The notes under the pieces are model-generated. The model ran no database searches. It had not been told where the DNA came from and was given only the letters and a program-made list of their open reading frames with translations. Shown here piece by piece: positions 45,835-54,215 of a stretch of 58,130 bases of DNA (positions are counted from its first letter, which is position 1; every line of letters starts with the position of its first letter). The DNA comes from Syntrophorhabdaceae bacterium (lineage in GTDB: Bacteria; Desulfobacterota; Syntrophorhabdia; Syntrophorhabdales; Syntrophorhabdaceae): contig JAQTNJ010000001.1 in assembly GCA_028713955.1 (NCBI GenBank), positions 3,269-61,398 of the forward strand. Direction: 5' to 3'. The translations under genes and the position numbers were made by a program.

Positions 45835-46455
45835 TTATTTTTCCTGATAGATCTTGCTGCCGGGCGGGAGGTTCGTGCTCACGTTTATACCGCTGTTTAC
45901 GAGCGAACCCTCGCCGATCTCTATATACTGCTTCGTGCTACTGTTGCTTCCCAGAAATGTCTTCGCCCCTATTATCGTACCGCCGTTCACCACCGCTGCC
46001 GTCGAGATATGGCAGTGGTCCCCGATGACGGCGTCGTGCTCGATGATCGCGCCCGTGTTGATTATGCAGTTCCTGCCTATCTTTGCCCCGGCGTTTACCA
46101 CAACGTTATGCATGATGATCGTCCCCTCGCCGATAACGCTGTGTCGGGATACATGGGCGCGCGGCGAAATGATCACGGGAAGGTTTACACCCAGTGAATT
46201 TAAAAGGTGGAATTTTTCTATCCTCACATCAGCGTTTTTAATCTGGCCGATGGTGATAAAAAAATACCGGTATTCTTTTGCCAGACGGTTCAGGTCGTCG
46301 TCGGTTCCTATAATGCGGTATCCAAGCACATCCTGGCTAACCTTTTCAGCCACATCGATGATCCCGGCAATGTGATATTTCCCTTCTGTTTCGATGACAT
46401 CGATGCATGACCTGCAATGACCGCCGCCTCCAAACAATATAAGATCTTCCATCAT
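45835..46455 (-). CDS. neuD: NeuD/PglD-family hexapeptide N-acetyltransferase
   Basis: LILFGGGGHCRSCIDVIE Rossmann-like N-domain plus hexapeptide repeats. The start is moved to the ATG at 46455, which overlaps the upstream stop. Confidence 0.8.
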   Translation of the reverse strand: MMEDLILFGGGGHCRSCIDVIETEGKYHIAGIIDVAEKVSQDVLGYRIIGTDDDLNRLAKEYRYFFITIGQIKNADVRIEKFHLLNSLGVNLPVIISPRAHVSRHSVIGEGTIIMHNVVVNAGAKIGRNCIINTGAIIEHDAVIGDHCHISTAAVVNGGTIIGAKTFLGSNSSTKQYIEIGEGSLVNSGINVSTNLPPGSKIYQEK

Positions 46456-47603
46456 GATGATATGAGCTCCTTTATCGTTTTGCAGACATAGTATACGTCG
46501 TCTTCTGTGTTGAGTGTCGAACTGGGAAGACAAAGTCCTCTTTCGTATATCTCACGGGAATTCTCAAATACTCGATTATCGGTTGCAAAGGGAGGGAATT
46601 CGGTAACAGGCATAAAGACCCTTCTCGTCGGTATTCCTCTTTCTCTCAAATCCTTCTGGAGCGACGGCAGGTCTGTCTTGCCTTCGAAGGTCACACAGGT
46701 AAGCCACCATGAGCTTGCAGCACCATCATACTGACCCTGAAAACGTACATTCGATTTGTCACCAAGTTCTTCACGGTAGATCTCACTGAAACGCCTCTTC
46801 CTGTCAGAAAAGTCATCCAGTCTTGCCATCTGGGCCAACCCAAGCGCTGCTTCGATGTTTGTCATCCTGTAGTTGAATCCTATCTCCGGATGATAGTATC
46901 CTCTTGATTCGTCACGCGCCTGATTGACAAGAAACTTGATGTGCTCCAGGCTATCCTCATTATTACCGACAACCATTCCACCTCCACCTGTCGTGATCGT
47001 CTTGTTCCCATTAAAGCTGAAACACCCCAGATCACCGATCGTCCCGGTATAACGTCCCTTGTATGCAGCACCCAGGCTTTCAGTGGCGTCCTCAATGACA
47101 ATGAGTCCAGACTTTTTCGCTATCTTCATTATTTCGTCCATATTACAAGGGTTCCCGTAAAGATGCACAGGAATGATCGCCCTTGTCCGCGACGATAAGC
47201 ACTTTTCTATCTCCTTCGGATCGATGTTCCATGTATCCCTCTCAACATCTGCGAAAACAGGCCTGGCATTTACATAAATTACAGGATTTACTGTTGCCAC
47301 AAAGGTAAGGGCGGGCACGATAACCTCGTCACCCTCTCCAATCCCCATCTCATAAAGAGCCATATGGAGTGCCGCTGTCCCGCTCTGGGTAGATACTGCC
47401 CTCTTTGTATCGAGATACCCTGCAAACTTCTCTTCGAACTCCGACACAAAGGGGCCGAAGGTGGAAACAAAACCAGAGTCGATCACCCTTGTAATATAAT
47501 CCTTTTCGATCGCGCCCAGATTAGGCGCATCAAGCTCAATGTGCAACAGGGTTCTCCAGTCTCGGTTTTGTATTGTAATATATATCGGCGTCAGGGTCTT
47601 CAA
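46452..47603 (-). CDS. DegT-family aminotransferase (LegC-like)
   Basis: SGTAALHMAL, EDATESLGA, and FSFNGNKTITTGGGG carrying the PLP lysine. The track start is TTG and overlaps the upstream gene by 68 nt. A TTG at 47546 is a likelier start. Confidence 0.8.
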   Translation of the reverse strand: MKTLTPIYITIQNRDWRTLLHIELDAPNLGAIEKDYITRVIDSGFVSTFGPFVSEFEEKFAGYLDTKRAVSTQSGTAALHMALYEMGIGEGDEVIVPALTFVATVNPVIYVNARPVFADVERDTWNIDPKEIEKCLSSRTRAIIPVHLYGNPCNMDEIMKIAKKSGLIVIEDATESLGAAYKGRYTGTIGDLGCFSFNGNKTITTGGGGMVVGNNEDSLEHIKFLVNQARDESRGYYHPEIGFNYRMTNIEAALGLAQMARLDDFSDRKRRFSEIYREELGDKSNVRFQGQYDGAASSWWLTCVTFEGKTDLPSLQKDLRERGIPTRRVFMPVTEFPPFATDNRVFENSREIYERGLCLPSSTLNTEDDVYYVCKTIKELISS

Positions 47604-48519
47604 TGATACCCAATGACAACATATCTACAACATCCTTTACGCCATCCTCTACGGTAAACTGGTTTTTAAGGCCGAGATAACGCTCAAGCTTTGTAAAATC
47701 GACCTGGTAATCCCGGAGATCGGTGCCCTTCTCAACGACATCTATCTTGAGATCAGGGACAAACTGCTTTACAATATTGGCAATCTTGATCTTCTGGTAA
47801 TTTTCGCCGTTAAATCCCACATTAAAGACATTGTTTCGCACCTTCCCGAATTGTTCGATCATCTTTATGATCACCCTTGCCGCATCATAGACGTGGATAT
47901 AGGGCCTGTATGTATACGGTAAAAAGACATCGAGATACTTCTTTCTGTATGCGTTCATGGCAAAATCATTCACCGTGAGATCAAAGCGCATCCTCGGGGA
48001 GGCGCCATAAACAGTCGACATCCTGCAGATTATCCAGTCAATGTTCGATGTCCGATCAATAAGGAGCTTTTCCATTCTTACCTTAGTGTCGGAATAAAGG
48101 GAAAGCGGTTTTAGATCCCCTTCCTCCCGCGCAAGCCCTTCGGTTATACCGTAGTTAGAACAGGTGGAAAGAAAAATAAAACCCTTTACGCCCTGCTCCG
48201 CAGCGAGCCTGACAATCTCCTTCGCTGCCGCGTAATTTACCCTTTCGGTCAATTCGGGAAATTTATTGCTCGCAGGCTCCCCCACTATCGCAGCGGTGTG
48301 GATGATATAATCTACGCCTTCCAGATACGGCTTTAGATTGTGACTTTCCGAGATATCAAACCGGAAAAACTCGTAATTCGGGTTACCCAGGTTTACGAGG
48401 GGGACCTTGTTGTCGAAATACAGGGAATCTATTACCCTGACATTATAACCATTGCCAAGCGCAGTATTCGTAAGCACAGAGCCAACATATCCGGCGCCTC
48501 CCGTGATAAGTATCTTCAT
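47536..48519 (-). CDS. NAD-dependent epimerase/dehydratase (LegB-like first enzyme of the leg-type cassette)
   Basis: MKILITGGAGYVGS and SLYSDTK (YxxxK). Confidence 0.75.
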   Translation of the reverse strand: MKILITGGAGYVGSVLTNTALGNGYNVRVIDSLYFDNKVPLVNLGNPNYEFFRFDISESHNLKPYLEGVDYIIHTAAIVGEPASNKFPELTERVNYAAAKEIVRLAAEQGVKGFIFLSTCSNYGITEGLAREEGDLKPLSLYSDTKVRMEKLLIDRTSNIDWIICRMSTVYGASPRMRFDLTVNDFAMNAYRKKYLDVFLPYTYRPYIHVYDAARVIIKMIEQFGKVRNNVFNVGFNGENYQKIKIANIVKQFVPDLKIDVVEKGTDLRDYQVDFTKLERYLGLKNQFTVEDGVKDVVDMLSLGIIEDPDADIYYNTKPRLENPVAH

Positions 48520-48884
48520 GGGCTCATATCTCCTTCCACCGTACCTTCCTTCTCCGGTACATCCTGTTCTAACACGGATGCATCCTTTTTCAATTCGTCG
48601 ATCTCCATTCTCAGTCTCTCGTATTCCTCCAGTTTGACCTGCAGGAAGTACTGGGTCTGTTTGACCCGTGCATTGATGCCTTTCGGGGTCAACACATAGA
48701 TATATGCTGCCTTATTGTATGCGTTTTTAAAACGCTGTGCCTTGACATAACCCTTTTTTATCAGTTCTTTGACAATATAATTGACACTCCCGAGGCTCAA
48801 CCCTATTCTTTTGGAAAGGTCACGTTGTGAGATAGTACCTTCCACGGAGAATTCTTTCAAGGTTTTAAATTGGGCTTCTTTCAT
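48516..48884 (-). CDS. MarR-type winged-helix regulator of the EPS-associated kind
   Basis: ISQRDLSKRIGLSLGSVNYIVKELIKKGYV...YVLTPKGI, followed by a coiled-coil tail. The track ORF starts at a TTG (48896); the ATG is at 48884. There is a 4-nt overlap with the next gene. Confidence 0.7.
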   Translation of the reverse strand: MKEAQFKTLKEFSVEGTISQRDLSKRIGLSLGSVNYIVKELIKKGYVKAQRFKNAYNKAAYIYVLTPKGINARVKQTQYFLQVKLEEYERLRMEIDELKKDASVLEQDVPEKEGTVEGDMSP

Positions 48885-48893
48885 AAAGGCAGC

Positions 48894-48921
48894 CAAGAGC
48901 TGAGAGCTAAGAGCAGAGAGT
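48894..48921. repeat. heptamer array CAAGAGC TGAGAGC TAAGAGC AGAGAGT; left arm of a 25-bp imperfect inverted repeat
   Basis: 48897-48921 matches the reverse complement of 49106-49130 at 21 of 25 positions. Confidence 0.7.
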
Positions 48922-48926
48922 ATAAG

Positions 48927-49098
48927 CTAAGGACGAAGATCATGGAGTAAAGAGTGAATTTTGCTGGCATTTTCAAAAGTAGATCTCCTTGCAATATTAA
49001 GAAATTGCGCAAATTCTTTCTTCGAAACGGAATAGTTTTCGTGTTACTTCAACGGCTCGCTGCCAAATTTCCAAATTTTCAAATCGGAATTTTTTCAT
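48927..49098 (-). pseudogene. remnant of a four-helix-bundle (23S rRNA intervening-sequence-type) protein gene, internally deleted and frameshifted
   Basis: From the ATG at 49098: MKKFRFENLEIWQRAVEVTRKLFRFEE, then a stop after 33 codons. The adjacent frame continues KEFAQFLNIARRSTFENASKIHSLLHDLRP. Both pieces match the two ends of this ~120-aa family, and the middle is missing. Confidence 0.6.
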
Positions 49099-49105
49099 TT
49101 TTAAA

Positions 49106-49140
49106 ACTCTTCGCTCTCAGCTCTCTGCTCAAAGCTTGCA
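49106..49140. repeat. heptamer array (ACTCTTC GCTCTCA GCTCTCT GCTCAAA GCTTGCA); right arm of the inverted repeat
   Basis: Read directly. These are reverse-complement units of the 48894-48921 array. Confidence 0.7.
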
Positions 49141-49199
49141 TTTATGGCAGGCTACCGCCGCTGCGTTGTGGTGAAGATGAAGGATAATAATGATTTTCG

Positions 49200-49222
49200 A
49201 TATGTTCAACCACTGAACATAT
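49200..49222. promoter_or_regulatory. perfect 9-bp inverted repeat ATATGTTCA-ACCAC-TGAACATAT (candidate operator)
   Basis: Read directly. It lies just downstream of the candidate -10 of the minus-strand promoter below. Confidence 0.45.
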
Positions 49223-49224
49223 TA

Positions 49225-49253
49225 ATCATGACAGCAAAATAAACACAAGTCAA
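49225..49253 (-). promoter_or_regulatory. candidate sigma70-type promoter for the regulator-led operon (TTGACT-17 nt-CATGAT on the minus strand)
   Basis: The -35 is at 49253-49248 and the -10 at 49230-49225, with a 17-nt spacer. The -10 matches only 4 of 6. Confidence 0.3.
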
Positions 49254-49330
49254 GAACATTAATTGCTTGTATCAAATTATTTTTTCAGGAAGTGACCTGC
49301 ACGGGGGTCTGTTTTTATTTAAAAGAACTT

Positions 49331-50437
49331 TTATCTTTTTTTAATATGTTTTTGTAATATATCCTCGAGCATTTTCCCTATAGTCTCTATGGAATATCTG
49401 TCCGAGACCTCAAAACCCCTTTTAATGAGAGAATTCCGCAGCGTTTTATTTCCGGCAATATCCATAATGGCTTTCGCGATCTCAACCGGTTTGTGTACAT
49501 TTACAAAATACGCGTAATCATGGGTCATATCGAAAGAAAGAAAAGGAGAAATCTTTGTTAAAATTACCGGCGTTCCCGTACTCATTGCCTCTACCGGAGG
49601 CAACCCGAAACCTTCTATCTCGGTTGAAGATGAGATGAGAATATGGCTTCCCCGATAAAGTTCTGCCATTTCTGTCTCAGAAACCCTTACCAGGAAACGG
49701 TCTACCTCTCCATGCCGTCTTTCAGCATCTGAAATATCCGCCGGCGATACCCTTGTTAAAAAAACATCTCTCCCCTGGTCCTTTAAGACCTTCACTGCCG
49801 CGAGGATATCCGGTATCGCCTTATACTCAAGATTGAAATTACCCACGGATAGTATCTTCAACGTGCCTGAATAGTTGATCTCGCCCGCCTTTGGGGAAAA
49901 GACATGCCGGTCTATCCCATTTGGTAAAAGATTACATTGCATACCGTATCTCTTTTCGACCCCCATGACAAGGTGAGGAGAGATCGCGATCTTTACAGTA
50001 GGAAGCCTGTAAAGTGCGTCAAACCTCCTGAGCTTCCTTTTCCATCCAAATATCTTTTTAGCGTATTTCATCCTCGTCAGGACGTCTTTGGAACGAAAAA
50101 ACTCCGGCACAACATCTCCCCTGATCCTTTCGAGTACATAATCCGGTTCAAAACCCTGCATGAAATGAAAGAGCGGTATCCTTCTTTTTTTGGCAATCTT
50201 CCAGAAATCTCTCACGTCTTTTGGTGTTGTAACGACAATACCGTCGGCCTCGGGCACATATTCCTCGCTAAAGGATGGTACGACCTCCGGTGTCACCTTA
50301 AACCCCCATTCCTCATCGATGAATCTCGTAATAAGGTACACCGTATGCCCCATCTTCCTGAGGAGTTCTACGTGCTGAAAAAAGACCTTTACCCCCCCTG
50401 TCATCCCCACGTGTCTTATCGCGTATATTATCTTCAT
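49331..50437 (-). CDS. glycosyltransferase family 4 (GT-B)
   Basis: SSTEIEGFGLPPVEAMSTGTPVI. Confidence 0.8.
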   Translation of the reverse strand: MKIIYAIRHVGMTGGVKVFFQHVELLRKMGHTVYLITRFIDEEWGFKVTPEVVPSFSEEYVPEADGIVVTTPKDVRDFWKIAKKRRIPLFHFMQGFEPDYVLERIRGDVVPEFFRSKDVLTRMKYAKKIFGWKRKLRRFDALYRLPTVKIAISPHLVMGVEKRYGMQCNLLPNGIDRHVFSPKAGEINYSGTLKILSVGNFNLEYKAIPDILAAVKVLKDQGRDVFLTRVSPADISDAERRHGEVDRFLVRVSETEMAELYRGSHILISSSTEIEGFGLPPVEAMSTGTPVILTKISPFLSFDMTHDYAYFVNVHKPVEIAKAIMDIAGNKTLRNSLIKRGFEVSDRYSIETIGKMLEDILQKHIKKR

Positions 50438-50554
50438 AGAGAAAACCTCATATGTTGTTGAAACGATAATTTCGAGCGCTCACCGGATATAGAGGACCGG
50501 ATTCAGGATATAATATCATGATCAACCTATATTACTGTATATCCGATATGCAGA

Positions 50555-51703
50555 TTATTGTAAAACAGAAAATAAGATATCAGCTATTTTTTCTGATGCC
50601 TTGCCGTCTCCATACGGGTTCGCAGATCTCGACATCCTCATGTATACATCCTTGTCCTCTATCAGTTCCAACGTACCATTGATGATATTCTTTTCATTGG
50701 TTCCCACCATCTTCACGACGCCGGCTTCAATCCCTTCAGGTCTCTCAGTGGTGTTCCTCATCACAAGAACCGGCTTGCCCAGGGAGGGCGCCTCTTCCTG
50801 GATACCGCCTGAGTCGGTCAGGATGAGAAAGGACCTGCTCATCAAAAAGACAAACTCTTCATATCCGAGGGGTTCGATAAGACAAACGTTCTTCACTTTA
50901 CCCAGGATTCTTTTTACAGGTCTTTGCACGTTCGGATTCAGGTGAACAGGGTATACTACTATCACGTCTTTCCTTTGTTCTGCTATCTTTCGCAACGCTT
51001 TACATATATTTTCAAAACCTTCCCCAAAGTTTTCCCGCCTGTGGCCGGTGACTAAGATCAGTTTCAAGTTTTTAGTTGAAAGTTCAAGGTCATACTTCTT
51101 CCTGAAAAATTCTTCAAAAAATCTTTTCCTGACCCCTGACCCCTGACCACTGACCACTTCCATAAGCGCGTCTATCACCGTATTTCCGGTTACCCATACC
51201 CTGTCCTCCGGGATACCTTCTTTTAACAGGTTTGATCTGCTCCACTGCGTTGGGGCAAAATGGTAATCGGCCAACACGCTTAAAAGGTGCCTGTTTATTT
51301 CCTCCGGAAATGGGCTGTACTTGTTATATGTCCTGAGCCCTGCCTCAATGTGACCGATAGGGACTTTCGTATAAAATGCCGCAAGCCCTGCAACGAAAGC
51401 GGTTGTAGTATCACCCTGTACCAGTATTGCATCCGGCCGTACTGTCCCCAGAACATCTTTGAGACCTTTGAGGGTCTTTTCTGTTATATCAAATAAATCC
51501 TGATCTTTCTTCATGATGTTCAGATCATAATCAGGGGAGATCTTGAAAATCGAAAGCACCTGATCGAGCATATGCCTGTGCTGCGCCGTAACACAGACAA
51601 TCGTAGCAAATCTGGATTTATGCTCTTCGAGCTTATTGATCACCGGCGCCATCTTTATGGCTTCCGGCCTTGTGCCCAGGACTACCAACACCTTTTTTTT
51701 CAT
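50555..51703 (-). CDS. wecB: non-hydrolysing UDP-N-acetylglucosamine 2-epimerase
   Basis: VLVVLGTRPEAIKMAPV, HIEAGLRT, VTGHRRENFG. The start is moved to the ATG at 51703, because the track ORF overlaps the upstream gene. Confidence 0.85.
   Translation of the reverse strand: MKKKVLVVLGTRPEAIKMAPVINKLEEHKSRFATIVCVTAQHRHMLDQVLSIFKISPDYDLNIMKKDQDLFDITEKTLKGLKDVLGTVRPDAILVQGDTTTAFVAGLAAFYTKVPIGHIEAGLRTYNKYSPFPEEINRHLLSVLADYHFAPTQWSRSNLLKEGIPEDRVWVTGNTVIDALMEVVSGQGSGVRKRFFEEFFRKKYDLELSTKNLKLILVTGHRRENFGEGFENICKALRKIAEQRKDVIVVYPVHLNPNVQRPVKRILGKVKNVCLIEPLGYEEFVFLMSRSFLILTDSGGIQEEAPSLGKPVLVMRNTTERPEGIEAGVVKMVGTNEKNIINGTLELIEDKDVYMRMSRSANPYGDGKASEKIADILFSVLQ
51128..51155. repeat. tandem heptamer inside wecB: CCTGACC x3 perfect plus ACTGACC
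   Basis: Read base by base. It encodes VVSGQGSGVR in a variable loop after TGNTVIDAL. Confidence 0.8.
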
Positions 51704-51722
51704 AAAACCGTTATGTCTCCCC

Positions 51723-52457
51723 TTAGTACTTTGAGTTGGGGTGGTCGGATCGATATTTTCGTGCAATAAAGATCAGGTCCTCTCCGTCAAGCATTGTATC
51801 CGATATATAAAAAGGGTCTTTTGGAAATCTTTTTTTTGTTTTATACCTGATAATGAATTTAATCAAAGGATGCATCCATCTCCATTTCTTTACTGTTTTA
51901 TTCGTCTCAACCTTTTCTACGGAAAAACCGTATTTTGTAAGGATATGTTTCATCTCACCGTAAAAAACAGGATTGATATGCTGGTGATCGTATTCTTCAA
52001 GAACAAATCTCGATTCTCCTTTAATGGGCCCAAAATATCTGAAATAGTCGAGATAACTGCAGAAGAGAAACCTCAGACGCGATTTGATCGTCATCACGTT
52101 CGGGGTTGTAACGATCAGACAACCATTATCTTTTAAGAGCCTGGAACATTCTCTGACAAGATGATGCGGGTTCTCTATATGTTCTACCCCCTCGATGCAG
52201 ATCACATAATCAAAACTATTGTCCCTGAAGGGCAGATTGTCGTTCAGGTCGATCTGGGTAACCCTGTGATTCTGGTATAATATATTGTCTACCTCCAGAT
52301 CGCCAAGGAAGACTGTAAATCCCATGTCCTCAAGGTCCTTTGAGAAAGCCCCCTGCCCTGACGGGATATCGAGAACAACGCCCTTCCCATTCTTTTCCAT
52401 GTAACGCAGGATCAACTCTCTCGTGCCGCTTAAGGCATAACTTTTCAGCTCAGTCAT
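51723..52457 (-). CDS. class I SAM-dependent methyltransferase
   Basis: VVLDIPSGQGAFSKDL (motif I) and FDYVICIEGVEHI. Confidence 0.75.
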   Translation of the reverse strand: MTELKSYALSGTRELILRYMEKNGKGVVLDIPSGQGAFSKDLEDMGFTVFLGDLEVDNILYQNHRVTQIDLNDNLPFRDNSFDYVICIEGVEHIENPHHLVRECSRLLKDNGCLIVTTPNVMTIKSRLRFLFCSYLDYFRYFGPIKGESRFVLEEYDHQHINPVFYGEMKHILTKYGFSVEKVETNKTVKKWRWMHPLIKFIIRYKTKKRFPKDPFYISDTMLDGEDLIFIARKYRSDHPNSKY

Positions 52458-52463
52458 TATCTT

Positions 52464-53762
52464 CTATGTCCCGCTTATCTTGATATCTTCAACAAAAAGG
52501 GAGGGCGATCCATAGGTTCCGTAAAACATCATGTCTGTCCCGACTGCCTTTACATTGTTCAATAATTGGAATAGATTTCCCGAAAAAATAACCCCTTTGA
52601 AAGGCATCGAGGCGCTGTCCTTGCAGAGATGCCCGATTGCTCCAAGGGAAAAATCGCCTGTGACAGGGTTTGCGGTATGGGTTCCCATAAGTTCTTCTAT
52701 CACGATGCCGTTCGTGAATGAACTGTGGATATCTGCAACGCCCTGCTCTATAAACATTCCACAGGGACCGCATTTGGGCGGTTCTTTGATGCCCGTTCTT
52801 GTTCCATTGCCGGTTGAAGGCCTTCCAAATTTTCTGCCATAATATGAATCATAAAGGAATCCCTGAAAATTACCATTTTTTACAACAACGTTGTCCCGGG
52901 ATGGTACACCTTCACCGTCAAAATAAAACCCGCCTATCCCTGCTAATCCTGAATCGATGATATTGATCGTGTCAGCAAAGCACTTTTCCCCTTCCCTGTC
53001 TTTCAGGCGTGTTTTATTTTTATAAAGGTTCTCTGCAAGAAAAGAGCTTGATAATATACTGAGCAGATCGCAGGAGGCCTGCGGCGTCAGTATGCCTTCG
53101 TATGTCCCTGTCGCCAGCTGCCTGCCCGACAGGAAAGAAATGGTTTTCTGTGCAATGCTTCTACCCAGCTTCTCCCCGTCCATTGCACCCCAGTGATGGG
53201 ACCAGGACCAGTCATACCACGAGACCTCATCTTCATCCTTTGCCACGCATAGCCCGCTGAGAATATAGAGCGTCTTCTTTCCTTCAGCGATCAGTCCTTT
53301 TGTATTCATGATCCTTGTCTCAATCTCAATCTCATGGAGCTCGCAGTTACGTGTCGCGACTATTCTTTTGTCATAATCAAGGATTGTCCTTTCCATGTTG
53401 AAGAGTGTTTCTTTCTTCTCTGAGTCGTCTGTCCCTTTATAATCGTAAAGGTCTGCAGCGGGGTATTTATCATATCTCCGGGGAAAATCCCGGTCCTCCT
53501 CGTAAACCGCAAAAGGGATAAGTTGGATAATATTCCGCGCAAGAGATTCTGCGGCCCTTTCCCCCTGATCATAGGTATACGCAAAGGTCATGCGATTATC
53601 CTTGATCCCCCGTAACGCTATGCCTTCTTCTTCTTTCACCTCGAGACCGTAGAGTTCTTTTGCCCTGCTTTCGATCTTTTTGTTTTTCTCTTTGAGATAA
53701 TAGAATTCATAATTGTCGAAAAGACCCGATACTGCGGCTTCTATCCTTGTGTAGTCAACCAT
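52464..53762 (-). CDS. TldD/PmbA-family metalloprotease-like protein
   Basis: 432 aa. The C-terminal region GNGTRTG...ELMGTHTANPVTGDFS...G is typical of PmbA/TldD. Confidence 0.7.
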   Translation of the reverse strand: MVDYTRIEAAVSGLFDNYEFYYLKEKNKKIESRAKELYGLEVKEEEGIALRGIKDNRMTFAYTYDQGERAAESLARNIIQLIPFAVYEEDRDFPRRYDKYPAADLYDYKGTDDSEKKETLFNMERTILDYDKRIVATRNCELHEIEIETRIMNTKGLIAEGKKTLYILSGLCVAKDEDEVSWYDWSWSHHWGAMDGEKLGRSIAQKTISFLSGRQLATGTYEGILTPQASCDLLSILSSSFLAENLYKNKTRLKDREGEKCFADTINIIDSGLAGIGGFYFDGEGVPSRDNVVVKNGNFQGFLYDSYYGRKFGRPSTGNGTRTGIKEPPKCGPCGMFIEQGVADIHSSFTNGIVIEELMGTHTANPVTGDFSLGAIGHLCKDSASMPFKGVIFSGNLFQLLNNVKAVGTDMMFYGTYGSPSLFVEDIKISGT

Positions 53763-53765
53763 TTG

Positions 53766-54215
53766 TTATATCTCCAGCATCATCGCTATCTCATCGCATT
53801 CCGGGAATTTGGGGCACTTCACGCAATCCGACCATATCTTTTGCGGAAATATCTTTTTATCTGCCCTTTTAAAACCACATCTTTCAAAAAAGTCGACCTG
53901 ATAGGTAAGAAGGAATATCTTGCTGATGCCATAATCCCTGGCCTCATCGATACAGGCATTGATAAGCGACCTGCCGATACCCTTTTTCCTCTCCGACTCA
54001 GTAACGATCAAAGAACGGATCTCCGCGAGGTCTTCCCAGCAGATATGGAGGGCGCCTGTCCCGATTATAGTTCCCTCTTCCTCATACACAAAATAATCGC
54101 GCAGGTTATCGTAGAGCTCCCCAAGAGGTCTTGGCAGCATCTCACCGCGGGATGCGGCGTTGTTCACCATGTTATGAATCTTCCTGATATCCCCGATATC
54201 GGCCTTTTTAATCAT
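53766..54215 (-). CDS. GNAT-family N-acetyltransferase (short ArgA-like)
   Basis: RSLIVTESERKKGIGRSLI (motif A); 149 aa; C-terminal CVKCPKFPEC. Confidence 0.75.
   Translation of the reverse strand: MIKKADIGDIRKIHNMVNNAASRGEMLPRPLGELYDNLRDYFVYEEEGTIIGTGALHICWEDLAEIRSLIVTESERKKGIGRSLINACIDEARDYGISKIFLLTYQVDFFERCGFKRADKKIFPQKIWSDCVKCPKFPECDEIAMMLEI

Noticed and set aside
48954-49187. A 77-aa + strand ORF in the 48.9-49.3-kb spacer.
   Set aside because: It is antisense to the four-helix-bundle remnant and to the heptamer arrays. It has no motif and no plausible ribosome-binding context.
49294-49320. The hairpin GACCTGCACGGGGGTC followed by TGTTTTTATTT as an intrinsic terminator.
   Set aside because: The stem is only about 5 bp including a wobble pair. 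The T-run is on the + strand, where no gene ends. On the minus strand, downstream of the GT4 gene, the hairpin is followed by an A-run.
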